Positions 23,619-33,339 of a stretch of 64,000 nucleotides of DNA are shown in pieces (within the stretch, counting starts at the first letter, position 1; every line of letters begins with the position of its first letter). The translations under genes and the position numbers were made by a program. The notes below the pieces were generated by a model. That model saw only the letters and a program-made list of their open reading frames with translations. It searched no databases and had not been told where the DNA came from. Source of the stretch: an uncultured Gemmatimonadaceae bacterium (lineage in GTDB: Bacteria; Gemmatimonadota; Gemmatimonadetes; Gemmatimonadales; Gemmatimonadaceae); the NCBI GenBank assembly GCA_963829055.1, contig CAWHHI010000016.1, positions 480,001 to 544,000 on the forward strand, given 5' to 3'.

Positions 23619-24335
23619 ATGACTGCACCCTCCGCTACGGCGGTCAACGAGAAATCAGCGCGCGTCCAACCGACGCGTCCCGGCACGCTTGCCCGGTTCT
23701 GGAGCTCATCGATCGGGAAGAAGGCGGTCATGGCGGTGACCGGTTTGATCATGATCGCCTTCCTGATCGCGCACGTGTTAGGCAACCTGCAGGTGTTCGC
23801 GGGGCCGCTCAAGATCAACGAGTACTCCGCGGCGCTGCATCGCCTCGGTCCGTTGCTGTGGCTCGCTCGCGGCGGGCTGATCGTCGCCCTGGTGCTGCAC
23901 GTGATCGCCGCCTATCAGCTGACGCAGCGGACGCGGACGGCACGCCCGATCGGCTATGCCGACGCCGATCCACAGGTCTCGACATTCGCCGCACGGACGA
24001 TCCGGTGGGGCGGGGTGCTGCTGCTCGCGTTCATCGTACTGCACCTGCTGCACTTGACGTTCGGCACGATTCACCCGGCGTTCGACCGCAAGGACGTGTA
24101 CGGCAACATGATCGTGGCGTTCCAGGTGTGGTGGGTCGCGCTGCTCTATCTCCTGGCGATGATCGGGGTGGGGCTCCACCTCTACCACGGGACCTGGAGC
24201 AGCATCCGCACGCTCGGCCTAACGAGAGCGTCGGCCAACCCGCTGAAGCGGCGCGCGACAGCCGTGCTCGCGTGGGCGATCTATCTCGGCTTCTCCATTA
24301 TCCCGATTGCGGTGCTCGCCGGCATCGTCAGGTAG
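23619..24335 (+). CDS. sdhC: Succinate dehydrogenase/fumarate reductase cytochrome b subunit (b558 family)
   Basis: [13 protein letters not shown]...HVLGNL and five TM segments with four His residues, preceding the flavoprotein gene. Confidence 0.9.
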   Translation: MTAPSATAVNEKSARVQPTRPGTLARFWSSSIGKKAVMAVTGLIMIAFLIAHVLGNLQVFAGPLKINEYSAALHRLGPLLWLARGGLIVALVLHVIAAYQLTQRTRTARPIGYADADPQVSTFAARTIRWGGVLLLAFIVLHLLHLTFGTIHPAFDRKDVYGNMIVAFQVWWVALLYLLAMIGVGLHLYHGTWSSIRTLGLTRASANPLKRRATAVLAWAIYLGFSIIPIAVLAGIVR

Positions 24336-24373
24336 CCGGCCGTACGCGCGATCGCTTCGAGCAAGAGACAGCG

Positions 24374-26287
24374 ATGGAACTGCGTTCCCGAATTCCTTCA
24401 GGCCCGATCGAGGGCAAGTGGGACAACCACCGCTTCGAGATGAAGCTGGTGAACCCCGCGAACAAGCGAAAATTCACGGTGATCGTGGTCGGCACCGGTC
24501 TCGCTGGCGGCTCAGCCGCGGCGACGCTGAGTGAGCTCGGCTACAACGTACTGTGTTTCTCCTTCCATGACTCGCCACGTCGCGCGCACAGCATCGCGGC
24601 GCAGGGTGGTATCAACGCCGCCAAGAACTACCAGAACGACGGCGACAGCATCTATCGGTTGTTCTACGATACGGTGAAGGGCGGGGACTTCCGCGCCCGG
24701 GAAGCCAACGTCTACAGACTCGCGCAGATATCCGTCAACATCATAGACCAGTGCGTTGCGCAGGGCGTTCCGTTCGCTCGCGAGTACGCCGGCCTTCTGG
24801 CGAATCGCTCGTTCGGTGGTGCACAGGTCTCGCGCACGTTCTACGCGCGCGGGCAGACCGGGCAGCAGTTGTTGTTAGGCGCCTACCAGGCGCTCGAGAA
24901 GGAGGTCGCGCGCGGCGGCGTGAAGATGTTCACGCATACGGAGATGCTCGACGTCGTGCTCGTGGACGGCAAGGCCCGCGGCATCGTGACCCGCGACCTG
25001 CGCACGGGCGCGATCGAGGCGTATGCCGCCGATGCCGTTGTGCTGGCGACCGGTGGCTACGGGAATGCGTTCTACCTGTCCACGAACGCGAAGAACTCGA
25101 ACGCGACGGCCATCTGGCGCGCGCACAAGCGCGGTGCGGCGTTCGCGAACCCGTGCTTCACGCAGATCCACCCGACCTGCATTCCGGTGGCGGGCGACTA
25201 CCAGTCCAAGCTCACGCTCATGAGCGAGTCGCTGCGGAATGACGGCCGCGTGTGGGTGCCGAAGAAAGCTGGCGACAAGCGAGCACCGGGAGACATCCCA
25301 GACGCAGAGCGCGACTACTATCTCGAGCGAAAGTATCCGAGCTACGGAAACCTGAGCCCACGCGACATCGCATCGCGTGCGGCAAAGGAGGTGTGCGACG
25401 AAGGGCGTGGCGTCGGAGAGACCGGTCGCGGCGTATACCTCGACTTCGCCGATGCCATTCAGCGCGTGGGTGAGGACCGCATCCGCGAACGGTACGGCAA
25501 CCTGTTCGAGATGTACGAGCGGATCACGGACGAGAACCCGTACAAGGTCCCGATGCGGATCTACCCGGCCGTGCATTACACCATGGGCGGACTCTGGGTG
25601 GACTACAACCTCATGAGCACGCTCCCCGGTCTGCACGTGCTGGGCGAGGCGAACTTCTCCGACCACGGCGCGAATCGACTCGGTGCGAGTGCGCTCATGC
25701 AGGGACTCGCGGATGGCTACTTCATCATTCCGTACACCATCGGCGACTACCTCGCCAGCGCGAAGCTCGAGAAGGTGTCGGCGGATCAGCCGGAGTTCCA
25801 GGCAGCGAAGCGCGGCATCGCCGACAACACGAAGCAGCTGTTAGGCATCGACGGCAAGCGCACGGTCGACTCGTTCCACCGCGAGCTCGGCCTCGTTCTG
25901 TGGGAGGACTGTGGGATGGCGCGGAACGCCGCTGGGCTCAAGCGCGCGTTAGGCCGTATTCCAGAGATCCGCGAGGAGTTCTGGAAGAACGTGAACGTGC
26001 CCGGCAGCGATGCCGAATTGAATCAGGCGCTGGAGAAGGCCGGCCGCGTGGCGGATTTCCTCGAGTTCGCCGAGTTGATGTGTACGGACGCGTTGCACCG
26101 CGAGGAATCGTGCGGCGGACACTTTCGAGAAGAGTATCAGACGCCGGACGGCGAAGCACAGCGCGATGACTCGCGCTTTGCCTACGCGGCGGCGTGGGAA
26201 TTTCGCGGCGTCGGCAACTCCCCGGTGCTGTGCAAGGAACCGCTGACGTTCGAGTACGTGGCGCTTACTCAGCGAAGCTACAAGTGA
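24374..26287 (+). CDS. sdhA: Succinate dehydrogenase/fumarate reductase flavoprotein subunit
   Basis: GTGLAG, the covalent-FAD motif [28 protein letters not shown] and HGANRLG. Confidence 0.96.
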   Translation: MELRSRIPSGPIEGKWDNHRFEMKLVNPANKRKFTVIVVGTGLAGGSAAATLSELGYNVLCFSFHDSPRRAHSIAAQGGINAAKNYQNDGDSIYRLFYDTVKGGDFRAREANVYRLAQISVNIIDQCVAQGVPFAREYAGLLANRSFGGAQVSRTFYARGQTGQQLLLGAYQALEKEVARGGVKMFTHTEMLDVVLVDGKARGIVTRDLRTGAIEAYAADAVVLATGGYGNAFYLSTNAKNSNATAIWRAHKRGAAFANPCFTQIHPTCIPVAGDYQSKLTLMSESLRNDGRVWVPKKAGDKRAPGDIPDAERDYYLERKYPSYGNLSPRDIASRAAKEVCDEGRGVGETGRGVYLDFADAIQRVGEDRIRERYGNLFEMYERITDENPYKVPMRIYPAVHYTMGGLWVDYNLMSTLPGLHVLGEANFSDHGANRLGASALMQGLADGYFIIPYTIGDYLASAKLEKVSADQPEFQAAKRGIADNTKQLLGIDGKRTVDSFHRELGLVLWEDCGMARNAAGLKRALGRIPEIREEFWKNVNVPGSDAELNQALEKAGRVADFLEFAELMCTDALHREESCGGHFREEYQTPDGEAQRDDSRFAYAAAWEFRGVGNSPVLCKEPLTFEYVALTQRSYK

Positions 26288-26291
26288 CGCA

Positions 26292-26325
26292 CCTATCGGC
26301 CATCAGCCAAATGGCCATGAGCTAC
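26292..26325 (+). repeat. Degenerate GCCATCA-type heptamer repeat between sdhA and sdhB
   Basis: cctatcggccatcagccaaatggccatgagc, sharing atcggccatcagcca with the gap-pgk spacer. Confidence 0.45.
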
Positions 26326-26363
26326 TGCCTCGGTACGCCGATAGCTTCTCTTTCTACCTAACG

Positions 26364-27140
26364 ATGCGTTTCACTTTACGGGTTTGGCGTCAGCAGGGTC
26401 CGAACACTCCGGGGAAGATGGTGCAGTACGACGCACCAGATGTGAGCCCGGACATGTCGTTCCTCGAGATGCTCGACGTCGTCAACGAGCGATTGACCGA
26501 GAGCGGCGAGGAGCCGATCGCGTTCGCGCATGACTGCCGCGAAGGCATCTGCGGGTCGTGCTCGCTCATGATCAACGGCATTGCGCACGGGCCCGTTCGC
26601 GGCGCGGCGACGTGTCAGGTACACATGCGCAGCTTCGACGACGGCCAGACGATCCAGATCGAGCCGTGGCGAGCGCGGGCGTTTCCGGTCATCAAGGATC
26701 TCGTCGTCGATCGTGAGGCGCTCGATCGCATCGTTCAGGCGGGCGGGTTCATCTCGGTGCCCACCGGCAGCGCTCCGGATGCGAACGCAATTCCGATCCC
26801 GAAGCAGGACGTCGACGACGCGATGGACGCGGCCGCGTGCATCGGCTGTGGCGCGTGCGTCGCGGCGTGTCCTAACGCGTCGGCGTCGCTGTACACGGCC
26901 GCGAAGGTGAGTCACCTCGGCCTCTTGCCACAGGGGCAGCCGGAGCGGTATCGCCGAGTGCTTCGGATGGTGGATCAGATGGACCTCGAAGGGTTCGGCG
27001 GCTGCACACTGTTCGGCGAGTGCCAGGAAGCGTGCCCGAAGCTCATCAGCATCGACACGATCGCACGCATGAACCGCGATTACTTCAAGGCCGCGACATT
27101 CGGCGCGCGCGAGCCGACCGCGGTGGCCGGTAGCGGGTGA
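26364..27140 (+). CDS. sdhB: Succinate dehydrogenase/fumarate reductase Fe-S subunit
   Basis: [22 protein letters not shown] and [12 protein letters not shown]. Confidence 0.96.
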   Translation: MRFTLRVWRQQGPNTPGKMVQYDAPDVSPDMSFLEMLDVVNERLTESGEEPIAFAHDCREGICGSCSLMINGIAHGPVRGAATCQVHMRSFDDGQTIQIEPWRARAFPVIKDLVVDREALDRIVQAGGFISVPTGSAPDANAIPIPKQDVDDAMDAAACIGCGACVAACPNASASLYTAAKVSHLGLLPQGQPERYRRVLRMVDQMDLEGFGGCTLFGECQEACPKLISIDTIARMNRDYFKAATFGAREPTAVAGSG

Positions 27141-27226
27141 GCCACGCCGCATCGGCCTGCATCGCCGAGTGACCGTCGCAGGCCGCTCTGAGCGCCGCAG
27201 GCCCGTTTGATGCACCCGACTCGGGT

Positions 27227-27529
27227 ATGGAACCTCGAGCGGATAGGGACGAGAGGGGCATGCGGCGCGACCCGCCTCCCGTGGATGCTGATCCGGCGCG
27301 GTTGAGTCGTAACGACAACCGGGCCGATGCGGTCGGTGGGGCCGACTCCGTCGAGAAGACGTCGTACGCGAGCGACGTACATGGGTCCGAGGTGGGAGCG
27401 GGCAAGCAGGAACCGGTACCGGTCACCGCGGCGGTTCGAAGCGGTGGTGGGTTCGGCTTTCTCGGATGGGGCGCGCTCCTCCTCGCGATCCTCGCGTTCG
27501 CGGCGTACGCAGCCGGCCTGATGCGGTAG
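27227..27529 (+). CDS. Hypothetical small protein with a single C-terminal TM helix
   Basis: 100-aa ORF with a hydrophilic N-terminus and a hydrophobic end (GFLGWGALLLAILAFAAYAAG). It fills the gap before the convergent dcd. Confidence 0.55.
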   Translation: MEPRADRDERGMRRDPPPVDADPARLSRNDNRADAVGGADSVEKTSYASDVHGSEVGAGKQEPVPVTAAVRSGGGFGFLGWGALLLAILAFAAYAAGLMR

Positions 27530-27578
27530 AGCTCCCCGGCGACGGTGCCTAACGAGCTCTACCGGATGTCCCGACGGG

Positions 27579-28133
27579 CTAGAGCTTGGGCAGCGTCACC
27601 CCGATCTGACCCTGATACTTGCCCTTCTTGTCGCCATACGAGACCTCAGGCGGTTCGTTCCCCTTGAGAAACAATACCTGGGCGATGCCTTCGTTGGCGT
27701 AGATCTTCGCCGGCAGTGGCGTGGTGTTCGAGATCTCGAGCGTCACGAAGCCTTCCCACTCGGGTTCCAACGGCGTGACGTTCGTGATGATGCCGCATCG
27801 CGCGTACGTGGACTTGCCCACGGTGATGGTGAGGACGTCGCGCGGGATCCGGAAGTATTCGACCGACCTCGCGAGGGCGAACGAGTTCGGCGGCACGATG
27901 CACACATCGCCGTCGAACTCCACGAACGACTTCGGATCGAAGTTCTTCGGGTCGACGATAGAGTTGAGCACGTTCGTGAAGATCCGGAACTCGCGCGCCA
28001 CGCGCATGTCGTAGCCGTACGAGCTGACACCGTAGGAGATCACGCCAGACCGCACCTGCCGTCCCTCGAACGGCTCGATCATTCGGTGGTCGCGCGCCAT
28101 CGCCGTGATCCAACGGTCATTCTGTATGCTCAT
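27579..28133 (-). CDS. dcd: dCTP deaminase
   Basis: MSIQNDRWI...[29 protein letters not shown] and YQGQ. The ATG at 28133 is preferred over the longer ORF start. Confidence 0.96.
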   Translation of the reverse strand: MSIQNDRWITAMARDHRMIEPFEGRQVRSGVISYGVSSYGYDMRVAREFRIFTNVLNSIVDPKNFDPKSFVEFDGDVCIVPPNSFALARSVEYFRIPRDVLTITVGKSTYARCGIITNVTPLEPEWEGFVTLEISNTTPLPAKIYANEGIAQVLFLKGNEPPEVSYGDKKGKYQGQIGVTLPKL

Positions 28134-28309
28134 TCGGGAATCGGGAAATGGGGAATCGGGAATCGAGGCGGCGGCGTTCGACTTCGGCTCATCCGGCGCG
28201 TCGCTGACGAGCGGCGAGCAAGATAACAGAGCCATGTATCGGCGTGACGATTGGTCGGGAAAACGAACTGTCCGTCATCGATTCCCCATTCCCAATTCCC
28301 GATTCCCGA
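28134..28309. repeat. Inverted pair of heptamer arrays, (TCGGGAA)n ... (TTCCCGA)n
   Basis: Left arm 28134-28166 is tcgggaa tcgggaa atggggaa tcgggaa tcga. Right arm 28278-28309 is tcga ttcccca ttcccaa ttcccga ttcccga. Confidence 0.85.
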
Positions 28310-28315
28310 CTTTGG

Positions 28316-28345
28316 TTGACACTCAATCCGGACGCACGATAGCTT
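28316..28345 (+). promoter_or_regulatory. Sigma70-type promoter of the nuo operon
   Basis: TTGACA-N18-TAGCTT. Confidence 0.65.
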
Positions 28346-28357
28346 ATGTCTGCGAGC

Positions 28358-28375
28358 AAGTGAATTATTTCACGA
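28358..28375. promoter_or_regulatory. Putative Rex operator upstream of nuoA
   Basis: AAGTGAATTATTTCACGA contains a perfect GTGAA-N4-TTCAC palindromic core, matching the Rex consensus TTGTGAANNNNTTCACAA. Confidence 0.7.
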
Positions 28376-28388
28376 AGTCGGGAGCGTG

Positions 28389-28799
28389 ATGGATCGTACC
28401 TATCTGCCGGTCCTCTTGCTGATGGGTTTCGTGGTCGCCAACGCGATCCTCATCATCGGGTTGTCCCACCTCACCGTCCGGCAACGCGCCACTCCGGAAA
28501 AGAACACGCCGTACGAGTCCGGCATCCCACCACTCGGCGACGCGAGAGAACGGTTCTCGATCAAGTTTTATATGGTCGCGATGTTGTTCATCATCTTCGA
28601 CATCGAGACCGTGTTCATGATTCCGTGGAGCGTGTTCTACCGGCAGCTGTCGTGCACGGTGCCGCTCGTCGCGATAACCAACGTCTGTCCCGCCGGAAAG
28701 CTGTCGTTCTTCGGCCTCGGCGAGATGCTGGTGTTCATGCTCATTCTGCTCGTCGGATTCGTCTACGTCTGGAAGAAGGGAGCCTTGCAGTGGGATTGA
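28389..28799 (+). CDS. nuoA: NADH-quinone oxidoreductase subunit A
   Basis: [19 protein letters not shown] and WKKGALQWD. Confidence 0.95.
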   Translation: MDRTYLPVLLLMGFVVANAILIIGLSHLTVRQRATPEKNTPYESGIPPLGDARERFSIKFYMVAMLFIIFDIETVFMIPWSVFYRQLSCTVPLVAITNVCPAGKLSFFGLGEMLVFMLILLVGFVYVWKKGALQWD

Positions 28800-29416
28800 C
28801 GCCTCGTCCTGAGAAACGCGTGGTCGAGTACAACCCGACCTCGCAGGAAGGGTGGGTTGCGACGCGCCTCGATTTCCTGGTGAACTGGGGCCGCGCCAAC
28901 TCCCTGTGGCCGATGCCGTTCGGCACCGCGTGCTGCGCCATCGAATTCATGGCCACCGCCGCCAGCCGCTTCGACCTCGCGCGCTTTGGCATGGAGCGCA
29001 TGAGCTTCTCGCCGCGTCAGGCAGACGTGCTTATCTGCGCTGGCCGCGTGCCATTCAAGCTCGCGCCCGTGATCCGGCGCATCTGGCAGCAGATGCCGCA
29101 GCCGAAGTGGGCGATCGCGATGGGTGCCTGCGCATCGACCGGCAACATTTTCGACAACTACGCGGTGGTGCAGGGCATCGACACGATCATTCCGGTCGAC
29201 GTTTACGTCCCGGGCTGTCCGCCGCGACCGGAAGGCCTCATGTACGGCATCATGCTGTTGCAGGAGAAGGTCAAGCGCGAGCGCATGACCGACGAAGGCA
29301 TCCGCAACGAGATGGAGCCCGATCCCAATAGCAAGCTGTACATCCCGGCACCGGTAATCGACGAGCTCTCCGAGCCGTTCGGAAACTCGGTTCACCAGAC
29401 GCGGTCCGGCTTGTGA
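28790..29416 (+). CDS. nuoB: NADH-quinone oxidoreductase subunit B
   Basis: [19 protein letters not shown] and [10 protein letters not shown]. Confidence 0.96.
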   Translation: MGLTPRPEKRVVEYNPTSQEGWVATRLDFLVNWGRANSLWPMPFGTACCAIEFMATAASRFDLARFGMERMSFSPRQADVLICAGRVPFKLAPVIRRIWQQMPQPKWAIAMGACASTGNIFDNYAVVQGIDTIIPVDVYVPGCPPRPEGLMYGIMLLQEKVKRERMTDEGIRNEMEPDPNSKLYIPAPVIDELSEPFGNSVHQTRSGL

Positions 29417-30114
29417 GCGACTCGTTCGAACTTCAATACCCGGGTAGCGCGCTCGGAAACGCACCGGCGCCAGTCAGCCCACGCAACGTTCCGAATCGCG
29501 GCGGCGAGGTCAATCCGTCGGCGGCCGCGCTCCGCGAACAATTCGGCGACGCCATCTCGCGCGTCGAAGTCGTGTGGGGTGACACGAACGTCTACGTGCG
29601 CCCCGACCGAGCGCTCGACGTCATTCGATGGCTGCATGACGATCCGACGCAGCGGTACGACTATCTATCGGACGTCACCGCCGTCGAATATCGCGACGCG
29701 GACTTCCCGATCGAAGTCATCTGGCATCTTCGATCGCTCCCGTTCCGTCGCTTCCTGCGCGTGAAGGCGCAGCTGGAGAAGAACGCGCCGCTCGAGGTGA
29801 CGAGCGTGTGGTCGATCTACAAGTGCGCGGATTGGCTCGAGCGAGAGTGCTTCGACATGTTCGGCATCAAGTTCGTCGGGCACCCCGACCTTCGCCGGAT
29901 TCTCATGTGGGAGCAGTACCGCGAGGGCTTCCCGCTGCGAAAGGATTTTCCGCTCCGTGGTCGGTTCAGCCGCGCGGAACAGCTGCGTCAGGCGCTCGCG
30001 GCAAATCCCGAAGCACGGTACTCGATGGAGGAGCTTTCCATCGCTGACGCGTTCGAGGATCTGCCGACCGAAATGCGCTCGCGCCTCCGCGGCGGCGAGC
30101 GCACAGGAGAATAG
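29413..30114 (+). CDS. nuoC: NADH-quinone oxidoreductase subunit C
   Basis: [24 protein letters not shown]...PLRKDFP. Confidence 0.95.
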   Translation: MSDSFELQYPGSALGNAPAPVSPRNVPNRGGEVNPSAAALREQFGDAISRVEVVWGDTNVYVRPDRALDVIRWLHDDPTQRYDYLSDVTAVEYRDADFPIEVIWHLRSLPFRRFLRVKAQLEKNAPLEVTSVWSIYKCADWLERECFDMFGIKFVGHPDLRRILMWEQYREGFPLRKDFPLRGRFSRAEQLRQALAANPEARYSMEELSIADAFEDLPTEMRSRLRGGERTGE

Positions 30115-30116
30115 CA

Positions 30117-31430
30117 GTGGCTACGCAGAAGCGAACGGTTGACGTCGCGCTCTCCACGACGGGCGTCGACGCCCAGGGGCGGCCGCAGCGCGTGCCGCTC
30201 GTCACGGCCGACGACGGATCGCCCGTCGCGGTCGAGGCGCCGCCAATGATGGAGCCCGATCTCGCCGGTGAGCACATGCTCATCAACATCGGGCCACAGC
30301 ATCCCGCGACGCACGGCGTGTTGCGCCTCGTGCTGGAGCTCGACGGCGAGACGGTCGTGCGCTGTATCCCGCACGTCGGCTATCTGCACTGCGGCTTCGA
30401 GAAGCTCGGCGAGTATCGCCAGTACAATCAGATCCTGCCGCTGACCGATCGCGAAGATTACCTGAACGCGATGGGCAACAACGTCGGGATGGTGCTCGGC
30501 GCCGAGCGTCTGTTCGGCATCGAACCCACCGAGCGCTGCAAGGTGCTGCGGGTGATCGCGTGCGAGCTGTCGCGCATCGCGTCGCACCTGGTCTGGCTCG
30601 GCACGACGTGCATCGACATCGGCGCGTTCACGCCGTTCCTGTGGGCGTTCCAGCAGCGCGAGTACATCTACAACCTGATCGAGTCGTGGGTCGGCGCGCG
30701 CCTAACGCCGACGATCACGCGCGTCGGTGGTCTCGCCGCGGACATCCCGGACGGGTGGCTGCAGAATCTCCGCACGTTCATCGCGAAGTTCCCGGCGACG
30801 GTCGATGAGATCGACAAGATGCTGACGAAGAACGGCATCTGGGTCGGGCGCACGATCGGACTCGGCGTCATGACGGCGGACGAGGCGATCAACTGGGGGC
30901 TCTCGGGTCCGATGCTCCGAGCATCGGGCGTCGCGTACGACGTGCGGAAGGACTTCCCGTACTACGACTACGAGACCTACGACTTCGACGTTCCCATCGG
31001 GACGAACGGCGACGTGTACGATCGGTACCTCGTTCGCATGGAGGAAATGCGCCAGTCGGTTCGCATTCTCCAGCAGGCGGCCGATCGGTTGCCCGACGGT
31101 CCGATCAACGTCGACGACCCGCGCGTGATCCTGCCGAACAAGTCCAAGGCAACGAGCGAGATGGAGTCGATGATTCATCACTTCAAGCTCGTCATGGAAG
31201 GCCCGCGCCCGCCGCTTGGCGAGGCGTACGTCGCCATGGAGAGCCCGAAAGGCGAGAAGGGCTACTATATGGTGTCCGACGGCACGTCGAAGCCCGTGCG
31301 CTGGCGCATTCGTCCGCCGTCGTTCGTGAACCTGTCCGCGATTCCGAAGATGGTCGAAGGGCATCTGCTCTCCGACGTCATCGCGATCAACGCGAGCATC
31401 GACATCGTGATGGGAGAGATCGACCGCTGA
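30117..31430 (+). CDS. nuoD: NADH-quinone oxidoreductase subunit D
   Basis: NIGPQHPATHGVLR, GYLHCGFEK, ESPKGE and DIVMGEIDR. Confidence 0.96.
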   Translation: MATQKRTVDVALSTTGVDAQGRPQRVPLVTADDGSPVAVEAPPMMEPDLAGEHMLINIGPQHPATHGVLRLVLELDGETVVRCIPHVGYLHCGFEKLGEYRQYNQILPLTDREDYLNAMGNNVGMVLGAERLFGIEPTERCKVLRVIACELSRIASHLVWLGTTCIDIGAFTPFLWAFQQREYIYNLIESWVGARLTPTITRVGGLAADIPDGWLQNLRTFIAKFPATVDEIDKMLTKNGIWVGRTIGLGVMTADEAINWGLSGPMLRASGVAYDVRKDFPYYDYETYDFDVPIGTNGDVYDRYLVRMEEMRQSVRILQQAADRLPDGPINVDDPRVILPNKSKATSEMESMIHHFKLVMEGPRPPLGEAYVAMESPKGEKGYYMVSDGTSKPVRWRIRPPSFVNLSAIPKMVEGHLLSDVIAINASIDIVMGEIDR

Positions 31431-31990
31431 TGGCCACGTCCAAGGAGATGGGCGGCACTCACGCCGAGTCACACGCGTCGCACGGCAGCGCTGGTCATCT
31501 GCACGGCGAACCGTATCAGCCCGTGTTCGTGGGTGAGCGGCGACGCCAGCTGGACGAGCTGCTGACGCGCTACCCGACGAAGATGGCGGCGCTGCTTCCG
31601 GCGCTCTGGATGGTGCAGGAAGACCGCGGGTGGGTCAGCGAGAGCGCGATGGCCGAAGTCGGCGAGGTGCTGTCGCTCACGCCCGCGTACGTGAAGGGCG
31701 TGGTGACGTTCTACACCATGTACCACCAGCACCCGGTCGGGAAGCACTTCATCCAGGTCTGCACGACGTCGCCATGCAACGTCTGCGGCGCCGAGGATGT
31801 CGTCAACGCATTCCTCAAGCACACAAAGTGTGGTGAGCTCGGCGTCACGTCCGACGACGGTCGCTTCACGGTCATCGAGGTCGAGTGCCTCGGCGCCTGC
31901 GGATTCGCGACGCCGGTGATGATCAACTCCGACTTCATCGAGTCGGTGACGCCCGAGAAGGTTCCGGACCTCCTCTCCAAGCTGCCCTAA
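31430..31990 (+). CDS. nuoE: NADH-quinone oxidoreductase subunit E
   Basis: VTFYTMY, VCTTSPC and ECLGAC (2Fe-2S ligands). Confidence 0.95.
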   Translation: MATSKEMGGTHAESHASHGSAGHLHGEPYQPVFVGERRRQLDELLTRYPTKMAALLPALWMVQEDRGWVSESAMAEVGEVLSLTPAYVKGVVTFYTMYHQHPVGKHFIQVCTTSPCNVCGAEDVVNAFLKHTKCGELGVTSDDGRFTVIEVECLGACGFATPVMINSDFIESVTPEKVPDLLSKLP

Positions 31991-33306
31991 TGGGATACCC
32001 GCACGCCCCGCATGCACGGGAGACGGTCGTTCTCTCGAAATACTTCGGCGACAGCGAAGCCACGACGCTCGACGGCTGGCGCAAGCGCGGCGGCTACGTC
32101 GCGCTCGAGAAGGCGTTAGGCATGACACCGGCCGAGATCGTGGGAATCGTCAAGGATTCGGGGCTCCGCGGTCGTGGCGGCGCCGGTTTCCCGACGGGGA
32201 TGAAGTGGTCGTTCATGAAGCCGGGCGACGGGAAGCCGCACTACCTCTGCTGCAACGCCGACGAGTCCGAGCCGGGCACGTTCAAGGATCGCGAGATCAT
32301 GCGCTGGACGCCGCACGCCCTCATCGAGGGCTGCGCGATCGGCGCGTACGCGATCGGCGCCGAGACGGCCTACATCTACATCCGCGGTGAGTTCACGGAG
32401 CCGCTCGAGCGCATGGAGGCGGCAGTCCGCGAAGCGCGCGCGGCCGGCGTCATCGGGCCTAACGCGATGGGCACCGGCAAGCGCGTCGACGTCTGGGTGC
32501 ACAAGGGCGCCGGCGCATACATCTGCGGCGAAGAAACGGCGCTCATGAACTCGCTCGAGGGACGCCGAGGCAACCCGCGCATCAAGCCGCCGTTCCCGGC
32601 GGTCGCCGGCGTGTTCGGACAGCCGACGACGATCAACAACGTCGAGACGCTCGCCGCCGTGCCGCATATCCTGAACAACGGCGCGGAGTGGTACAAGAAA
32701 TTCGCGCGTCCCGACAACCCGAAGAGCACGGGAACCAAGCTGTGGTCCGTGTGCGGTAACGTCGCACGACCAGGCAACTACGAAGTCGTAATGGGATTTC
32801 CGTTCAAGGACTTCCTGTACGATCTCTGTGGTGGACCGTTGCCGGGCCGGAAGTTCAAAGCCGTCATTCCGGGCGGATCCTCGGTTCCGATCATGAACAT
32901 GGAAGAGGCCGAGGCTGCGGTCATGGACTACGAAGGCATGGTGGCGAAAGGCTCCATGCTCGGCTCCGCGGGCTGCATCGTCATCGACGACGCGCAGTGC
33001 ATGGTCAAGCAGATCGCGCGCCTCGCGCGCTTCTACGCCCACGAGAGTTGCGCCCAGTGCACGCAGTGCCGTGAAGGCACGGCGTGGACGACGAAGATCA
33101 TGGAGCGCATCGAAGCAGGCGAGGGGTCGATGGATGACCTCGACACACTGCTCGAGATCGGTGACAGCATGACGGGCAAGACGATCTGCGTTCTCAGCGA
33201 CTCGTGCGCGGTGCCGGTCGTGTCGGGAATTCAGAAGTGGCGCCACGAGTTCGAAGCGCACATCAACGGCAAGCGGTGTCCGTTCCGCGCCGCCGCCGCG
33301 GCCTGA
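31990..33306 (+). CDS. nuoF: NADH-quinone oxidoreductase subunit F
   Basis: SGLRGRGGAGFPTG, NADESEPG, GAYICGEETAL and ESCAQCTQCREG. Confidence 0.97.
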   Translation: MGYPHAPHARETVVLSKYFGDSEATTLDGWRKRGGYVALEKALGMTPAEIVGIVKDSGLRGRGGAGFPTGMKWSFMKPGDGKPHYLCCNADESEPGTFKDREIMRWTPHALIEGCAIGAYAIGAETAYIYIRGEFTEPLERMEAAVREARAAGVIGPNAMGTGKRVDVWVHKGAGAYICGEETALMNSLEGRRGNPRIKPPFPAVAGVFGQPTTINNVETLAAVPHILNNGAEWYKKFARPDNPKSTGTKLWSVCGNVARPGNYEVVMGFPFKDFLYDLCGGPLPGRKFKAVIPGGSSVPIMNMEEAEAAVMDYEGMVAKGSMLGSAGCIVIDDAQCMVKQIARLARFYAHESCAQCTQCREGTAWTTKIMERIEAGEGSMDDLDTLLEIGDSMTGKTICVLSDSCAVPVVSGIQKWRHEFEAHINGKRCPFRAAAAA

Positions 33307-33339
33307 CGCCGCTGTCTCACGGTCTCGCCTAACGTATTC

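Noticed and set aside
23858..24373. Long N-terminal extension of SdhA (809-aa ORF call); similar extended calls for pgm, UPF0182, nuoL and dcd
   Set aside because: These are stop-free upstream frames overlapping the previous gene or repeats. Recognisable protein begins at the downstream starts used above.
28134..28309. CRISPR array
   Set aside because: The units are 7-nt tandem repeats without unique spacers, and no cas genes are present.
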